The position numbers and the translations under genes are program-made. Under the pieces are notes generated by a model. It saw only the letters and a program-made list of their open reading frames with translations. It was not told where the DNA came from and did not search any database. Below, piece by piece: positions 30,126 to 39,774 of a stretch of 64,000 nt of DNA (positions within the stretch are counted from its first letter, which is position 1; the number at the start of each line of letters is the position of its first letter). Origin of the DNA: an archaeon (lineage in GTDB: Archaea > Nanobdellota > Nanobdellia > Woesearchaeales > JAADFO01); assembly GCA_043817075.1 (NCBI GenBank), contig JBDRHG010000005.1:3120-67119 (forward strand), read 5' to 3'.

Positions 30126-31709
30126 ATGAGCGATTACTTACGTACAATCAAGGATATCGACCTGAACGACAAGATCATATTTCTCAGGACATCATACGAC
30201 CTGCCTCTGGACTCTTCCAAGGACATCAGGACAGCGGAGCGGATCAAAGACGACTCAAGGATCAGGGACTCCATCCCGACCATCAAATACATCCTCGGCC
30301 AGAGACCAGCCAAGCTTCTCATAGCCGCCGGCTGGATGGGACGCCCCAAGGGCGAGGATACCGGCCTGACCATGGCACCGGCCGTGCTCCGCCTCCAGGA
30401 CATGCTTGACGAGGCAGGGATCAAGACCACAGTCAGGCTCGCGCCGGACTGTCTCGACGGATCGGCCCCCCGCAGCGTCTACCGCAACCAGGACGAGGTC
30501 AAGAAAACCGTCGACGACCTCGGTAAAGGTGAGGTGCTCATTTTCGAGAATGCCCGATTCGACAAAGAGGCCAACAAAGGCGATCCAGGATTCGCCAGAT
30601 TCATGGCGTCGCTGGCGGGGAAGGGAGCGGTCTATGTCAATGAGGCCGAAGCTCAGAACCATCGACCGGAAGGAACGGTCAAGCTCGTCCCTGGATTCAT
30701 CGTCGAGGCAGGCGGCGATGCGGTGTTCGGCCTCAAGTATTTCAGGGTCATGGAGAGCATCGGCGGCATAGGCAAGACGCTCAAACAGCAGGATAGGGGT
30801 CCGTTCGTCTTCTTCCTCTCCGGCAAGAAGATCGAGGTCGCACCAGGCATCACATCCAAGATCACCGTCACCCATAAGCTCCTCGACAGCATGCGGGAGG
30901 GTGACACCGTCGTGGTGCAGGGAGCGGTGACGTATACATTCCTGCTCGCGAAGGAATGGTACGACGCCTTCGACCAGAAAAGAGCCATGATCAAGACGCT
31001 CATCGATGAACACCATGAAAGACTCGAGACCGAGACTGAGGGGAAGTCCAGCGATGAAGCTGCAGAGATCGAGGTGACCATCCAGAAAGAGAAGAGCGAA
31101 GCCATCCTCGAAGCGATAGGCAAGAACCAGGACGATATCAAGGCCCTGATCGGAGGCTCTTATCGCAAGAAGGGACAAGAGGGCGAGCAGGTCTTCTTCG
31201 CATATGATGTGATCGCGAAAGCCAAGGAACACGGCGTACGTGTGCAGCTCGCCGTCGACCATTGCATCACCGACAGAAAGCCCAACAAACAAGGTATCCT
31301 TCCCGACGACGCGGATATCAAGGTATACCCGAAGGCCACCGGCATACCTGACGGGTGGATGGCAGTTGGTCCTGGTCCCCAGACCGTCCGCAACCTCAAG
31401 AACGCCTATGCCGGAGACGGTAAAGGCATCTCCCTCCAGGCCGGTCCGCTTCAGATCGAGGATCGCCGTGTCGAGGGGATCTCCAAGGCCAATACCACCC
31501 TCGGCGAGATCCTCCGAGAGGTCAAGGCCGCCGGTTGGACGACGATAGCCGCAGGAGGGGACACAGCGTCAGAGACCACGCAATGGAATAATGAGGATGC
31601 GTTCTCAGTCATCTCCAGTGCAGGCGGAGCGACTCTGGAGCTCATGCAGAGCGGCACCTCTGTCGGCGCAGAGGCCATCCGATCGGCGGTGTCATCCAAG
31701 AAGGACTGA
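30126..31709 (+). CDS. pgk: Highly divergent phosphoglycerate kinase-family protein with internal insertion
   Basis: DDSRIRDSIPTIKY, GRP, ENARF, GGDT, ISSAGGATLE recognisable; many substrate-site changes. Confidence 0.75.
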   Translation: MSDYLRTIKDIDLNDKIIFLRTSYDLPLDSSKDIRTAERIKDDSRIRDSIPTIKYILGQRPAKLLIAAGWMGRPKGEDTGLTMAPAVLRLQDMLDEAGIKTTVRLAPDCLDGSAPRSVYRNQDEVKKTVDDLGKGEVLIFENARFDKEANKGDPGFARFMASLAGKGAVYVNEAEAQNHRPEGTVKLVPGFIVEAGGDAVFGLKYFRVMESIGGIGKTLKQQDRGPFVFFLSGKKIEVAPGITSKITVTHKLLDSMREGDTVVVQGAVTYTFLLAKEWYDAFDQKRAMIKTLIDEHHERLETETEGKSSDEAAEIEVTIQKEKSEAILEAIGKNQDDIKALIGGSYRKKGQEGEQVFFAYDVIAKAKEHGVRVQLAVDHCITDRKPNKQGILPDDADIKVYPKATGIPDGWMAVGPGPQTVRNLKNAYAGDGKGISLQAGPLQIEDRRVEGISKANTTLGEILREVKAAGWTTIAAGGDTASETTQWNNEDAFSVISSAGGATLELMQSGTSVGAEAIRSAVSSKKD

Positions 31710-31827
31710 AAATTGTTTTTTCTATTTATTTTATCAATTCTCTCAAAAACCTTTTATGAGAGGACGAATTCCGTCCTATACTCTCTGGGTGGACCATAGA
31801 GTATTGATTGAGATGTACGGGAAGTAG

Positions 31828-32580
31828 ATGAGCATAGACGAGAAACTAGCCAGTGGAAAGCAGGAAGCCCAGGGAGCCGGCGGCCTAGAGCATAAGCTCA
31901 CATATGGCGACGTGATCAAACGGACACTCCTCTTCGGCGCAGGGCTCGCGACATCATACCTCGCTGGCAGCGCATTGTTCGGTCCTGAGATCGGTGGCAA
32001 GATGGCCGGCACCGGTGCCATCGCAGGAGGCATCAATGCTGTCGGCCGCCGTGTGACAAAGTCATTCTTCCCATCAATCAAGACACATACACGCAATAAA
32101 TCAGAATCCTTCATGGGACTCATCTTCGGATCGTTGAGCTACGCATACTATTTCTCGGTCGGGACTTTCATGCAAGCAGGGAATCTCGCCAAGGCATTCA
32201 CCTTATACGCCCTTCACCAGGTAAACAATATCGGTCAGATGGGCTACAATGACATCGTCGACAGGTATTCACCATTCAAGCTGGTCAAAGGCCTGAATCC
32301 TAAGTACCTATTCAAGAAGAACTTGAGCGACGAGGAGAAAAAAGTATCGACCTATCACATCATCGGTGATTTCTTCTCCGAGTACAAGAAGACGATCGGC
32401 ATATTCGCTGGCATCGGGCTCATCACATCGGTGGCATCAAAATATTTCTTGCTCACAAATGTGCCATCGACGGTGTTAAAGACCTTGCTCCCGGTCGCCT
32501 TCGGCTTGGTGTACAAGTTGATCATCGACTACATCGAGATCTCGAAGCGGCATTACCGTCCTGGATCGCAACCGGCATGA
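31828..32580 (+). CDS. Hypothetical membrane protein
   Basis: 250-aa ORF with several hydrophobic segments. Confidence 0.65.
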   Translation: MSIDEKLASGKQEAQGAGGLEHKLTYGDVIKRTLLFGAGLATSYLAGSALFGPEIGGKMAGTGAIAGGINAVGRRVTKSFFPSIKTHTRNKSESFMGLIFGSLSYAYYFSVGTFMQAGNLAKAFTLYALHQVNNIGQMGYNDIVDRYSPFKLVKGLNPKYLFKKNLSDEEKKVSTYHIIGDFFSEYKKTIGIFAGIGLITSVASKYFLLTNVPSTVLKTLLPVAFGLVYKLIIDYIEISKRHYRPGSQPA

Positions 32581-32647
32581 CATGTGGTCGCGGAACGTAA
32601 AATGTCAGGGGAAACCTATTTATAGGAGCTGTCGGGGAGAAGAAAGG

Positions 32648-33406
32648 ATGGACCCGTTCTCTCTTTCCATCATCGGTGTCGCCGCATTCCTCGCGTCCAT
32701 GCTCGGTTCCATCGCTGGATCCGGCGGCCTGATCATGATGCCGCTCCTCATGATATTAGGCTTCAGCCCTCACGCGGCGATCGCGACCTACCGTTTCGGA
32801 TCGTTCCTATTCCACGTGAGCGCCAGCACGAATTTCTATACCCATCACATCCTCCATCCGAAACGAATACTTCCCTTGGCCCTGTTTGCGGTCGCCGGAA
32901 GCGTCGTCGGAGCCATGCTCGTGCTCGGACTTCCCGCGTATATCCTTGAACCCATCATCGGGGTATTGGTGCTGCTCATGCTCCTGGTACTCATCGCCAG
33001 GAAACAGATCGAACGTAGGCTTAAGGGACACGACCGAGATATCCCGGCGTGGGTGAACCACATCGGCGCACCCCTCATCTTCTTCATCATCGGTGCTTAC
33101 GGAGGATTCTTCGGTGGCGGAACTGGCACGTTGACTATCATCACGTTCATGGTGCTGCTTCGGCTCAATGCATTGAAGGCCACAGCGTCGGCGAGATTCA
33201 TCATACTATGCGGAGTGATCATGCCGCTGTTCATTTTCCTTTTCACCGGGCTCATCGATTATGTCGTCGGTCTGATTATTGGTCTGGGCTCTCTTTTCGG
33301 TGCCTGGGTAGGAAGCTCACTGGCCATGCGCATGGGTGACAAACGTATCGAATATGTCGTAGGAACCGTCTGTATAATCCTTGCACTCAAACTGTTCTTG
33401 TTCTGA
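32648..33406 (+). CDS. TauE/SafE (TSUP) family transporter
   Basis: AGSGGLIMMP and YGGFFGGGTG repeats; about 8 TMs. Confidence 0.88.
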   Translation: MDPFSLSIIGVAAFLASMLGSIAGSGGLIMMPLLMILGFSPHAAIATYRFGSFLFHVSASTNFYTHHILHPKRILPLALFAVAGSVVGAMLVLGLPAYILEPIIGVLVLLMLLVLIARKQIERRLKGHDRDIPAWVNHIGAPLIFFIIGAYGGFFGGGTGTLTIITFMVLLRLNALKATASARFIILCGVIMPLFIFLFTGLIDYVVGLIIGLGSLFGAWVGSSLAMRMGDKRIEYVVGTVCIILALKLFLF

Positions 33407-33512
33407 AGAGATATAGAAGAGACGAAGGATATGATTTGAAAAGAGTTTGAGACATATCAGACAGAAGAAGATAAGAGAAAAAACGCGTCAATATCGAAAT
33501 AGACCACGCTGT

Positions 33513-34502
33513 TCACCAGACCATCTTGAGCATGTCGAGCATCCGGTTGGAGTAGCCCCATTCGTTGTCATACCAAGCGATGACCTTGACGAGGTTGCCA
33601 TTGGTCTGCGTCGACAGCCCGTCGACGATGCTAGAATGGGGATTGTCGATGATGTCGACCGACACTATTGGTTCGTCGGTGTATGCGAGCACGCCCTTGA
33701 GTTCGTTGTCCGCGACGGATGAGAAAAGCTTGTTCAACTCGTCGGCGGTCACGTCCTTGCCTATCAGCAAGGTGAGATCCGATATCGATCCGTCAAGCAC
33801 AGGGACCCGCAGGGCCATGCCGTCGAGTTTGCCTTTGAGATGGGGCAAGACCTGAGCGACCGCACGCGCCGCACCGGTCGTGGTGGGGATTATGGAACGG
33901 CCTGCCGCACGCGCGCGACGGAGGTCCTTGTGAGGGAGGTCGAGCACGTGCTGATCGTTGGTGTCGGCATGGACAGTCGTGAGAAATCCTTTTTCGATGC
34001 CATAATTGTCATCGAGGACCTTGATCACTGGTGCGATGCAGTTCGTGGTGCAGGACGCATTTGAGATGACATGATGTCTCTCCTTGTCGTAGTCGTGTTC
34101 GTTGACGCCTTTGACGATGGTGATATCGACGTCTTTACCCGGCGCGGAGATGATGACCTTCTTGGCGCCCGCCTCTAGATGCTTGGCAGCACCCTGCCGG
34201 TCACGGAAGTGACCTGTGCATTCCGCGACGACCTCGACGCCCTCGACGCCCCAGGGGATGGCAGCAGGATCCCGCTCAGAATGGACGCGGATGGGCTTGC
34301 CGTTGATGACGATGGAATCGTCGGTGTTGCTGACCTCGCCCTTGAACCTGCCATGGACTGAATCGTACTTGAAGAGATGTGCCAGGGTATGGGTATCCGT
34401 GAGATCGTTGATGGCCACGAACTCGACGTCGGGATCGTCGATGCCTGCCCTCACGATGAGCCGGCCGATGCGGCCGAAACCGTTGATGCCTACGCGTACC
34501 AT
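33513..34502 (-). CDS. gap: Type I (bacterial-type) glyceraldehyde-3-phosphate dehydrogenase
   Basis: [25 protein letters not shown]. Confidence 0.97.
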   Translation of the reverse strand: MVRVGINGFGRIGRLIVRAGIDDPDVEFVAINDLTDTHTLAHLFKYDSVHGRFKGEVSNTDDSIVINGKPIRVHSERDPAAIPWGVEGVEVVAECTGHFRDRQGAAKHLEAGAKKVIISAPGKDVDITIVKGVNEHDYDKERHHVISNASCTTNCIAPVIKVLDDNYGIEKGFLTTVHADTNDQHVLDLPHKDLRRARAAGRSIIPTTTGAARAVAQVLPHLKGKLDGMALRVPVLDGSISDLTLLIGKDVTADELNKLFSSVADNELKGVLAYTDEPIVSVDIIDNPHSSIVDGLSTQTNGNLVKVIAWYDNEWGYSNRMLDMLKMVW

Positions 34503-34514
34503 TGTTCTCTTCAC

Positions 34515-36932
34515 CTACTCCGGCGCGATGCCGAGCTCCCTCTCCTTCTCCGCGATCTTGAGCGTCGTCTTGACGACGGTGTCTGGGTTCAGGCTCATCG
34601 ATTGGATGCCTGCCTCGACGAGGAATTGCGCGAAGTCCTCATGGTCGCTTGGACCCTGCCCGCAGATGCCGATGTATTTCCCTTTCGCATTGGCTTTTGC
34701 GATCACTTGTTTGAGCAATTCCTTGACCGCCGGATCACGTTCGTCATAGATGCCAGCGACGAGCTCCGAATCCCTGTCGAGGCCAAGGGTGAGCTGGGTC
34801 AGGTCGTTGGATCCGATGGAGAAGCCGTCGAAGATGTCGAGGAAGTCGTCTGCGAGCACGACATTGGATGGGATCTCGCACATAGCGTAGACCTCGAGAT
34901 CGTTCTCTCCCTGCACCAGTCCGTGCTTGTTCATCTCTGCGATCACTTTCCGTCCTTCGCCAAGCGTCCGGCAGAAGGGGATCATGAGCTTGACATTGGT
35001 CAGCCCCATGTCGTCACGGACTTTCTTCATGGCCATGCATTCGAGTCCGAAGCCCTCTTTGTACTTCTCGTCGTAGTAACGCGACGCACCACGCCAGCCG
35101 ATCATGGGGTTGTCCTCATGCGGCTCGAACGGTTTACCTCCGATGAGATTGGCATACTCATTGGTCTTGAAGTCGCTCATGCGCACGATGACGGGTTTGG
35201 GATAGAAGGCCGCACCGATGGTGGCGACGCCAAAAGCGAGCCTATCGACGAAGAATTGGCTCTTCTTCTCATAGCCGAAGGTGAGGTCCTCGATCCGGGC
35301 TCTCACTTCCGGATCTGTGACCTTATCGAATTCAAGAAGAGCGCGCGGATGCACCTTGATGTATGAGTTGATGATGAATTCCTCCCGCGCCAGCCCGACG
35401 CCTTCACAGGGGATGAACGATGACGCGAACGCCTGTTCGGGGTTGCCCAGGTTCATCATGATGTGCGTCTTGGTCTTGGGCATCTCCTTGAGGTCGAGGG
35501 TCTCGATCTCGAAGTGCAGCTTGCCTGCGAAGACGTATCCTTCATCGCCTTGGGAACAGTCGACCGTGATCTCCTGGCCGTCGTGCAGCCTCTCGGTGCC
35601 GTCGATTGTGCCGACCAAGCAGGGGATGCCGAGCTCCCGCGAGATGATGGCGGCATGACAAGTGCGTCCGCCACGGTTGGTCACGATGGCGCTGGCGATC
35701 TTCATGATGGGCTCCCAATCAGGGTCGGTCATCTCGGTGACGAGCACCTCCCCTTCCTTGAAATGGGCGATGGCCTTGACATCCCTGATGACATGGGCTA
35801 TGCCGCTTCCGATCTTGGAGCCGACCGAGTGGCCCTCGACGAGCAAGTCACCCTTCTCTTTGAGACGGTATTGCTCGAGCTTGGTCATATCCTTCCGGGA
35901 CTGCACCGTCTCGGGTCTCGCCTGCACGATGAAGAGCTCACCGGTCTCGCCGTCCTTCGCCCACTCCATATCCATGGGCTTGAAGGTGCCGGCCTTGCTG
36001 CTGTAATGCTCTTCGATGCGTACGGCCCATCTTGCCAGCTCAAGGATCTCGTCATCGCTGAGGACGAATGTCTTTCGTTCTCTGGGATCGACAGGCACAT
36101 TCTTGATGTGCTTGTTGCCGGCCAAGTCGTAAATCATCTTGAGCTCTTTGCTGCCCAGCGCCTTGGAGATGATGGAACGGAAGCCCTGCTTGAGAGTGGG
36201 TTTGTGCACGTAGAACTCGTCTGGGTTCACAGCGCCCTGCACCACGTTCTCGCCCAGCCCCCATGCACCGGTGATGAATGCGGCGTCGCGGAAGCCCGAC
36301 TCGGTGTCGATGGAGAACATGACACCAGAGCATGCGAGGTCGCTTCTCACCATCTTCTGCACGCCGATGGAGAGCGCGATGGAGAAATGGTCGAAGCCCT
36401 TGTCCTGTCGGTAGGAGATGGCACGGTTGGTGAACAGCGACGCGAAGCATTTCTTGCAGGCCTCGATGAGCTGCTCAGGACCGCGGATGTTGAGATAGGT
36501 CTCCTGCTGGCCGGCGAAAGATGCGTCGGGCAGGTCTTCTGCAGTGGCTGATGATCGGACAGCGACGTCGGTGTCATGGCCGTACGCTTTTGAGAGATGT
36601 CCATACGCTTCGACGATGGCGTCCCTGAGCTCGGTCGGGAACTCTGCGGAGCGGATCAATGAACGAACCTTGTGCCCTCGCTCGGCCAGGTTGTCCATAT
36701 TGGTGGTATCGAGATCAGAGAGGGCTTTTTCGATGTGCTCTCTCAACTCAGCCTTCTCCAGAAGATAGCGGTAGGCATAGGCGGTGACGGCGAAGCCGTT
36801 CGGCACCCGTATGCCCTCTTCGGAAAGGTTTGTGTACATCTCACCCAGCGATGCGTTCTTCCCACCGACGAGGGGGACGTCGCCGATACCTAATTGGTCG
36901 AACCAGAGAATAAATGCGTTAGACTTATCCAT
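34515..36932 (-). CDS. ppsA: Phosphoenolpyruvate synthase
   Basis: VGGKNASLGEM, AVRSSATAEDLPDASFAGQQ, GGRTCHAAI, SIGSNDLTQ. Confidence 0.97.
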   Translation of the reverse strand: MDKSNAFILWFDQLGIGDVPLVGGKNASLGEMYTNLSEEGIRVPNGFAVTAYAYRYLLEKAELREHIEKALSDLDTTNMDNLAERGHKVRSLIRSAEFPTELRDAIVEAYGHLSKAYGHDTDVAVRSSATAEDLPDASFAGQQETYLNIRGPEQLIEACKKCFASLFTNRAISYRQDKGFDHFSIALSIGVQKMVRSDLACSGVMFSIDTESGFRDAAFITGAWGLGENVVQGAVNPDEFYVHKPTLKQGFRSIISKALGSKELKMIYDLAGNKHIKNVPVDPRERKTFVLSDDEILELARWAVRIEEHYSSKAGTFKPMDMEWAKDGETGELFIVQARPETVQSRKDMTKLEQYRLKEKGDLLVEGHSVGSKIGSGIAHVIRDVKAIAHFKEGEVLVTEMTDPDWEPIMKIASAIVTNRGGRTCHAAIISRELGIPCLVGTIDGTERLHDGQEITVDCSQGDEGYVFAGKLHFEIETLDLKEMPKTKTHIMMNLGNPEQAFASSFIPCEGVGLAREEFIINSYIKVHPRALLEFDKVTDPEVRARIEDLTFGYEKKSQFFVDRLAFGVATIGAAFYPKPVIVRMSDFKTNEYANLIGGKPFEPHEDNPMIGWRGASRYYDEKYKEGFGLECMAMKKVRDDMGLTNVKLMIPFCRTLGEGRKVIAEMNKHGLVQGENDLEVYAMCEIPSNVVLADDFLDIFDGFSIGSNDLTQLTLGLDRDSELVAGIYDERDPAVKELLKQVIAKANAKGKYIGICGQGPSDHEDFAQFLVEAGIQSMSLNPDTVVKTTLKIAEKERELGIAPE

Positions 36933-37058
36933 GACAGAATCACCTCTTCACCCTCCTCGGAAGAAGGAGAGTATAAAAGGTTTTGTTGCGACTCGAGGAG
37001 GGTTATCAACACGACGTGAAGAAAACATTTATAAACGGTTGCCATTTCTCAGTGAAGA

Positions 37059-37322
37059 ATGGCTCAGGACGAATTATAACGATTAAAGCCTTCAGATTTG
37101 CTCGAATCATTGGCACTAGCAAGAGAATGCTATGCATCACCACTAGATGTTGAGAATTTAGGGATTGAATTGCTGACGATTTCTGATCAATGGGAAAAGC
37201 AGGTCTGGGGACTGTCAAAAACAATGGACGACGGTACGAAAGTCCGAACAGAATATGCCAGTCTAGCTGGCCTGATTTCTACATATCTTCAAAAGGAACA
37301 TATCCCCACTGAACTAAAATAG
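37059..37322 (+). pseudogene. Small hypothetical gene interrupted by an in-frame TAA at codon 7
   Basis: BRE-TATA 37021-37035, ATG at 37059, TAA at 37077-37079, then the same frame stays open to 37322. Confidence 0.5.
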
Positions 37323-37426
37323 AATCCACCACCATACACCTGATTCGAAGCAACCCCATCGTCCAAGCAATATAAGATCTACCTAATAAGCAAAATTTAT
37401 AAACCGCCAAGCTCATAGCATCACCG

Positions 37427-38665
37427 ATGGACGAAAAAAAGAGGGATGAGCTCGTCAAGAAGATGACAGTGATGCTGCTCGAGGGCAAGACGCATCACCG
37501 TGCCATCACGCTCCTCAAAGAAGAGGGTTTCACAGAGGACGATATCAAGCAGGCCATCTCCTTCCTGCGCATCGAGGACTTCAAGGGATTCTCAGAACAT
37601 TTCAAGAAGGAAGCTAAAGGCACAGAACTCACAATCTCAAAATCGGAGTCTGCAGAGGTAGAGAAGCCGGATCCTGTGCTCAGGAAAGAGGAACGCCAGA
37701 TCAAGAAGCTGGACAAGGCCATCGATCAGGAAGAAAAAGAAGTAAAGACCTACGAGAAGGCCGCGGCGTCGCTGGGCGGAAGCGATCTCTTCACGCGCGT
37801 CTTCCTCTTCGTCGTTCTCCTCGCGCTGCTCTTCTTCATCTTCTGGGTGCAGACACGCACCGAAGCCAACCTGCTGCTCGTCATCCTGGGATTCTCACCG
37901 TTCATCCTGACCACCATACTCACCGTCGTGATCATCGAACGCCATGGCATCGACCACCTGCCTTTCCTCTGGGTGGTAGGCATCATCCTCGTCATCATGT
38001 TCTTCTTCGTGACTTCGTCGGTAGAGAGTCCCTTGCTCGAGGAGCTTGACGGCGGTGAGCTCACTGCCATCAATGTGGTCGGCATCATGATTTTCCTCGG
38101 ATTCATATCGCTCTCCTGGGGCGGCGCCATGACACGCTCAGGCATCCGGACCAGCAAGAGAAGACGGAGAGAATCCGTGTCAGGGCTCATCGCCAACGGC
38201 ACGGTGACCGAGGAATGGCACACACCCGAAAGCATGCCTTTCAAGGAGACCGTGCAGTCCATCGAGGACAAGTGCAAGGCGCTCAACTTCGTCATCGGCC
38301 GCGTCTACGGCGAGCGACATGGGGGCGATGACGAGATGCGCGACCGCATCCGCATACCCAGCACCGTCTACAACCAATTCTCAACTGTCGAGAACTTCGC
38401 GTCAGAGGACGACCGCAAGCTGCTCCTCGACCTCCTCGGACAGATCAAGGAGCGGTTGGAACAATTGACCACGCCAGAGAAGGATCTCTTCGGGGCTCGC
38501 GTCACCCACCTGCGAAACCTCATGCGCGACATGGATGGCGAGGATTCCATCCTCACTGTGCTGGCAGAGAACGATAAGGACCCGGTGATGGCCTACTACG
38601 AGTCTGGCCTCGGTTTCTGCAATAACGCCATCAATTCTTTGCGCAAGGCAGAGAAGCACGATTAA
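37427..38665 (+). CDS. Hypothetical membrane protein (4 central TMs, charged helical termini)
   Basis: 412-aa ORF, leaderless after BRE-TATA. Confidence 0.8.
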   Translation: MDEKKRDELVKKMTVMLLEGKTHHRAITLLKEEGFTEDDIKQAISFLRIEDFKGFSEHFKKEAKGTELTISKSESAEVEKPDPVLRKEERQIKKLDKAIDQEEKEVKTYEKAAASLGGSDLFTRVFLFVVLLALLFFIFWVQTRTEANLLLVILGFSPFILTTILTVVIIERHGIDHLPFLWVVGIILVIMFFFVTSSVESPLLEELDGGELTAINVVGIMIFLGFISLSWGGAMTRSGIRTSKRRRRESVSGLIANGTVTEEWHTPESMPFKETVQSIEDKCKALNFVIGRVYGERHGGDDEMRDRIRIPSTVYNQFSTVENFASEDDRKLLLDLLGQIKERLEQLTTPEKDLFGARVTHLRNLMRDMDGEDSILTVLAENDKDPVMAYYESGLGFCNNAINSLRKAEKHD

Positions 38666-38701
38666 AACGCGTTTTCTGAAATATATACAAGAGATGAGTC
38701 G

Positions 38702-39682
38702 CTATATCTTCGACTTGGTCACTTTCACCGGTCGCCGCTTCAGCGCGGCAGACAGTTTGCCCTTGGTCGCCAGGTTGTTCTTCGCTCCATGATGCCGCAG
38801 CACAGATTCAGCGTTGGTGGTCGCGGCCTTGAGCGCGAAAGATATGTCATCCTTCTCCATCATACCCCATAAGAAAGTCGAACCGAAAGCATCACCCGCA
38901 CCAGTGCACTCGACCACTTTGATATCATGGGCAGCAGCATGGTACATGGTCTTGCCATCATAGGCCCATGCGCCTTTCTTGCCGTCAGTGATGACGACCA
39001 GGGGCACATACTTATGCAACCGTTTGAGAAGACCGGGCATCTCGTCCTTGCCCACCAACATCTCAGCCTCTTCGCAATTGAGCACGAGGAGCGAAGTATA
39101 TTTCAGGATGCGATTTATTGACTTGAGCCCTTGCCGTGCCAGATATGCAGATGGATTGAATGCGATCCTGCTCTTGTGGCGCCGTGCATAGATCGCTAGC
39201 GCCTCCATCGACTTGAGCGACCGTTCCATCATAGAGCAGAAGTAATACCACTCGGTCTTGAACTTGGTCTTGTCGAGCTTGCCGTATTCGAGATTGTTGT
39301 TGGCACCCTTATAGGTCAGTATGGTGCGGTCGTGCTCGATCGAATCCAAGATGATGGAATAGCCGCCCATTATCTCTCCACGCTGGCCCACAAAGTCGAT
39401 GCCCTCTATCTCGAGGAAGGCCAACACCTGCTCGGAGTTCTGGTCACAGCCGAGGCGTCCGAGGAAAGCGGTCTTCTTACCGAGTCGCGCAAAGGCAGTA
39501 GACGTGTTCGTGCCGCCGCCACCGATAGTGAAGTCGAGTTCGGTGATGATGATCTTGGATCCAGAGGGATAGGCCAACAAGGTCTCTTCAGAATGGGCGT
39601 CCATGATCTTGATGAGCTCGCTACGGTCGGTATGGGCAAAGACATCGACTGTGGCAGAACCTATGCAGATCACATCGTACAT
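38702..39682 (-). CDS. PfkB-family carbohydrate kinase
   Basis: GGGGTN, VITDGKKG, ECTGAGDAF. Confidence 0.92.
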   Translation of the reverse strand: MYDVICIGSATVDVFAHTDRSELIKIMDAHSEETLLAYPSGSKIIITELDFTIGGGGTNTSTAFARLGKKTAFLGRLGCDQNSEQVLAFLEIEGIDFVGQRGEIMGGYSIILDSIEHDRTILTYKGANNNLEYGKLDKTKFKTEWYYFCSMMERSLKSMEALAIYARRHKSRIAFNPSAYLARQGLKSINRILKYTSLLVLNCEEAEMLVGKDEMPGLLKRLHKYVPLVVITDGKKGAWAYDGKTMYHAAAHDIKVVECTGAGDAFGSTFLWGMMEKDDISFALKAATTNAESVLRHHGAKNNLATKGKLSAALKRRPVKVTKSKI

Positions 39683-39774
39683 ATGTCCTGAGGAACTCCC
39701 GGTTTTTATAAAATTTCGTCACCACATACCAGTATACAGAAGCATTTTTATACAATCCGCCGATGTAGTTTGAT

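Noticed and set aside
29987..37060. TrmBL1-type TGM operators upstream of glycolytic genes
   Set aside because: I found no TATCAC-N5-GTGATA-like site upstream of pgk or ppsA-gap.
37077..37079. Stop-codon reassignment
   Set aside because: TAA, TAG and TGA all terminate conserved genes normally in this window.
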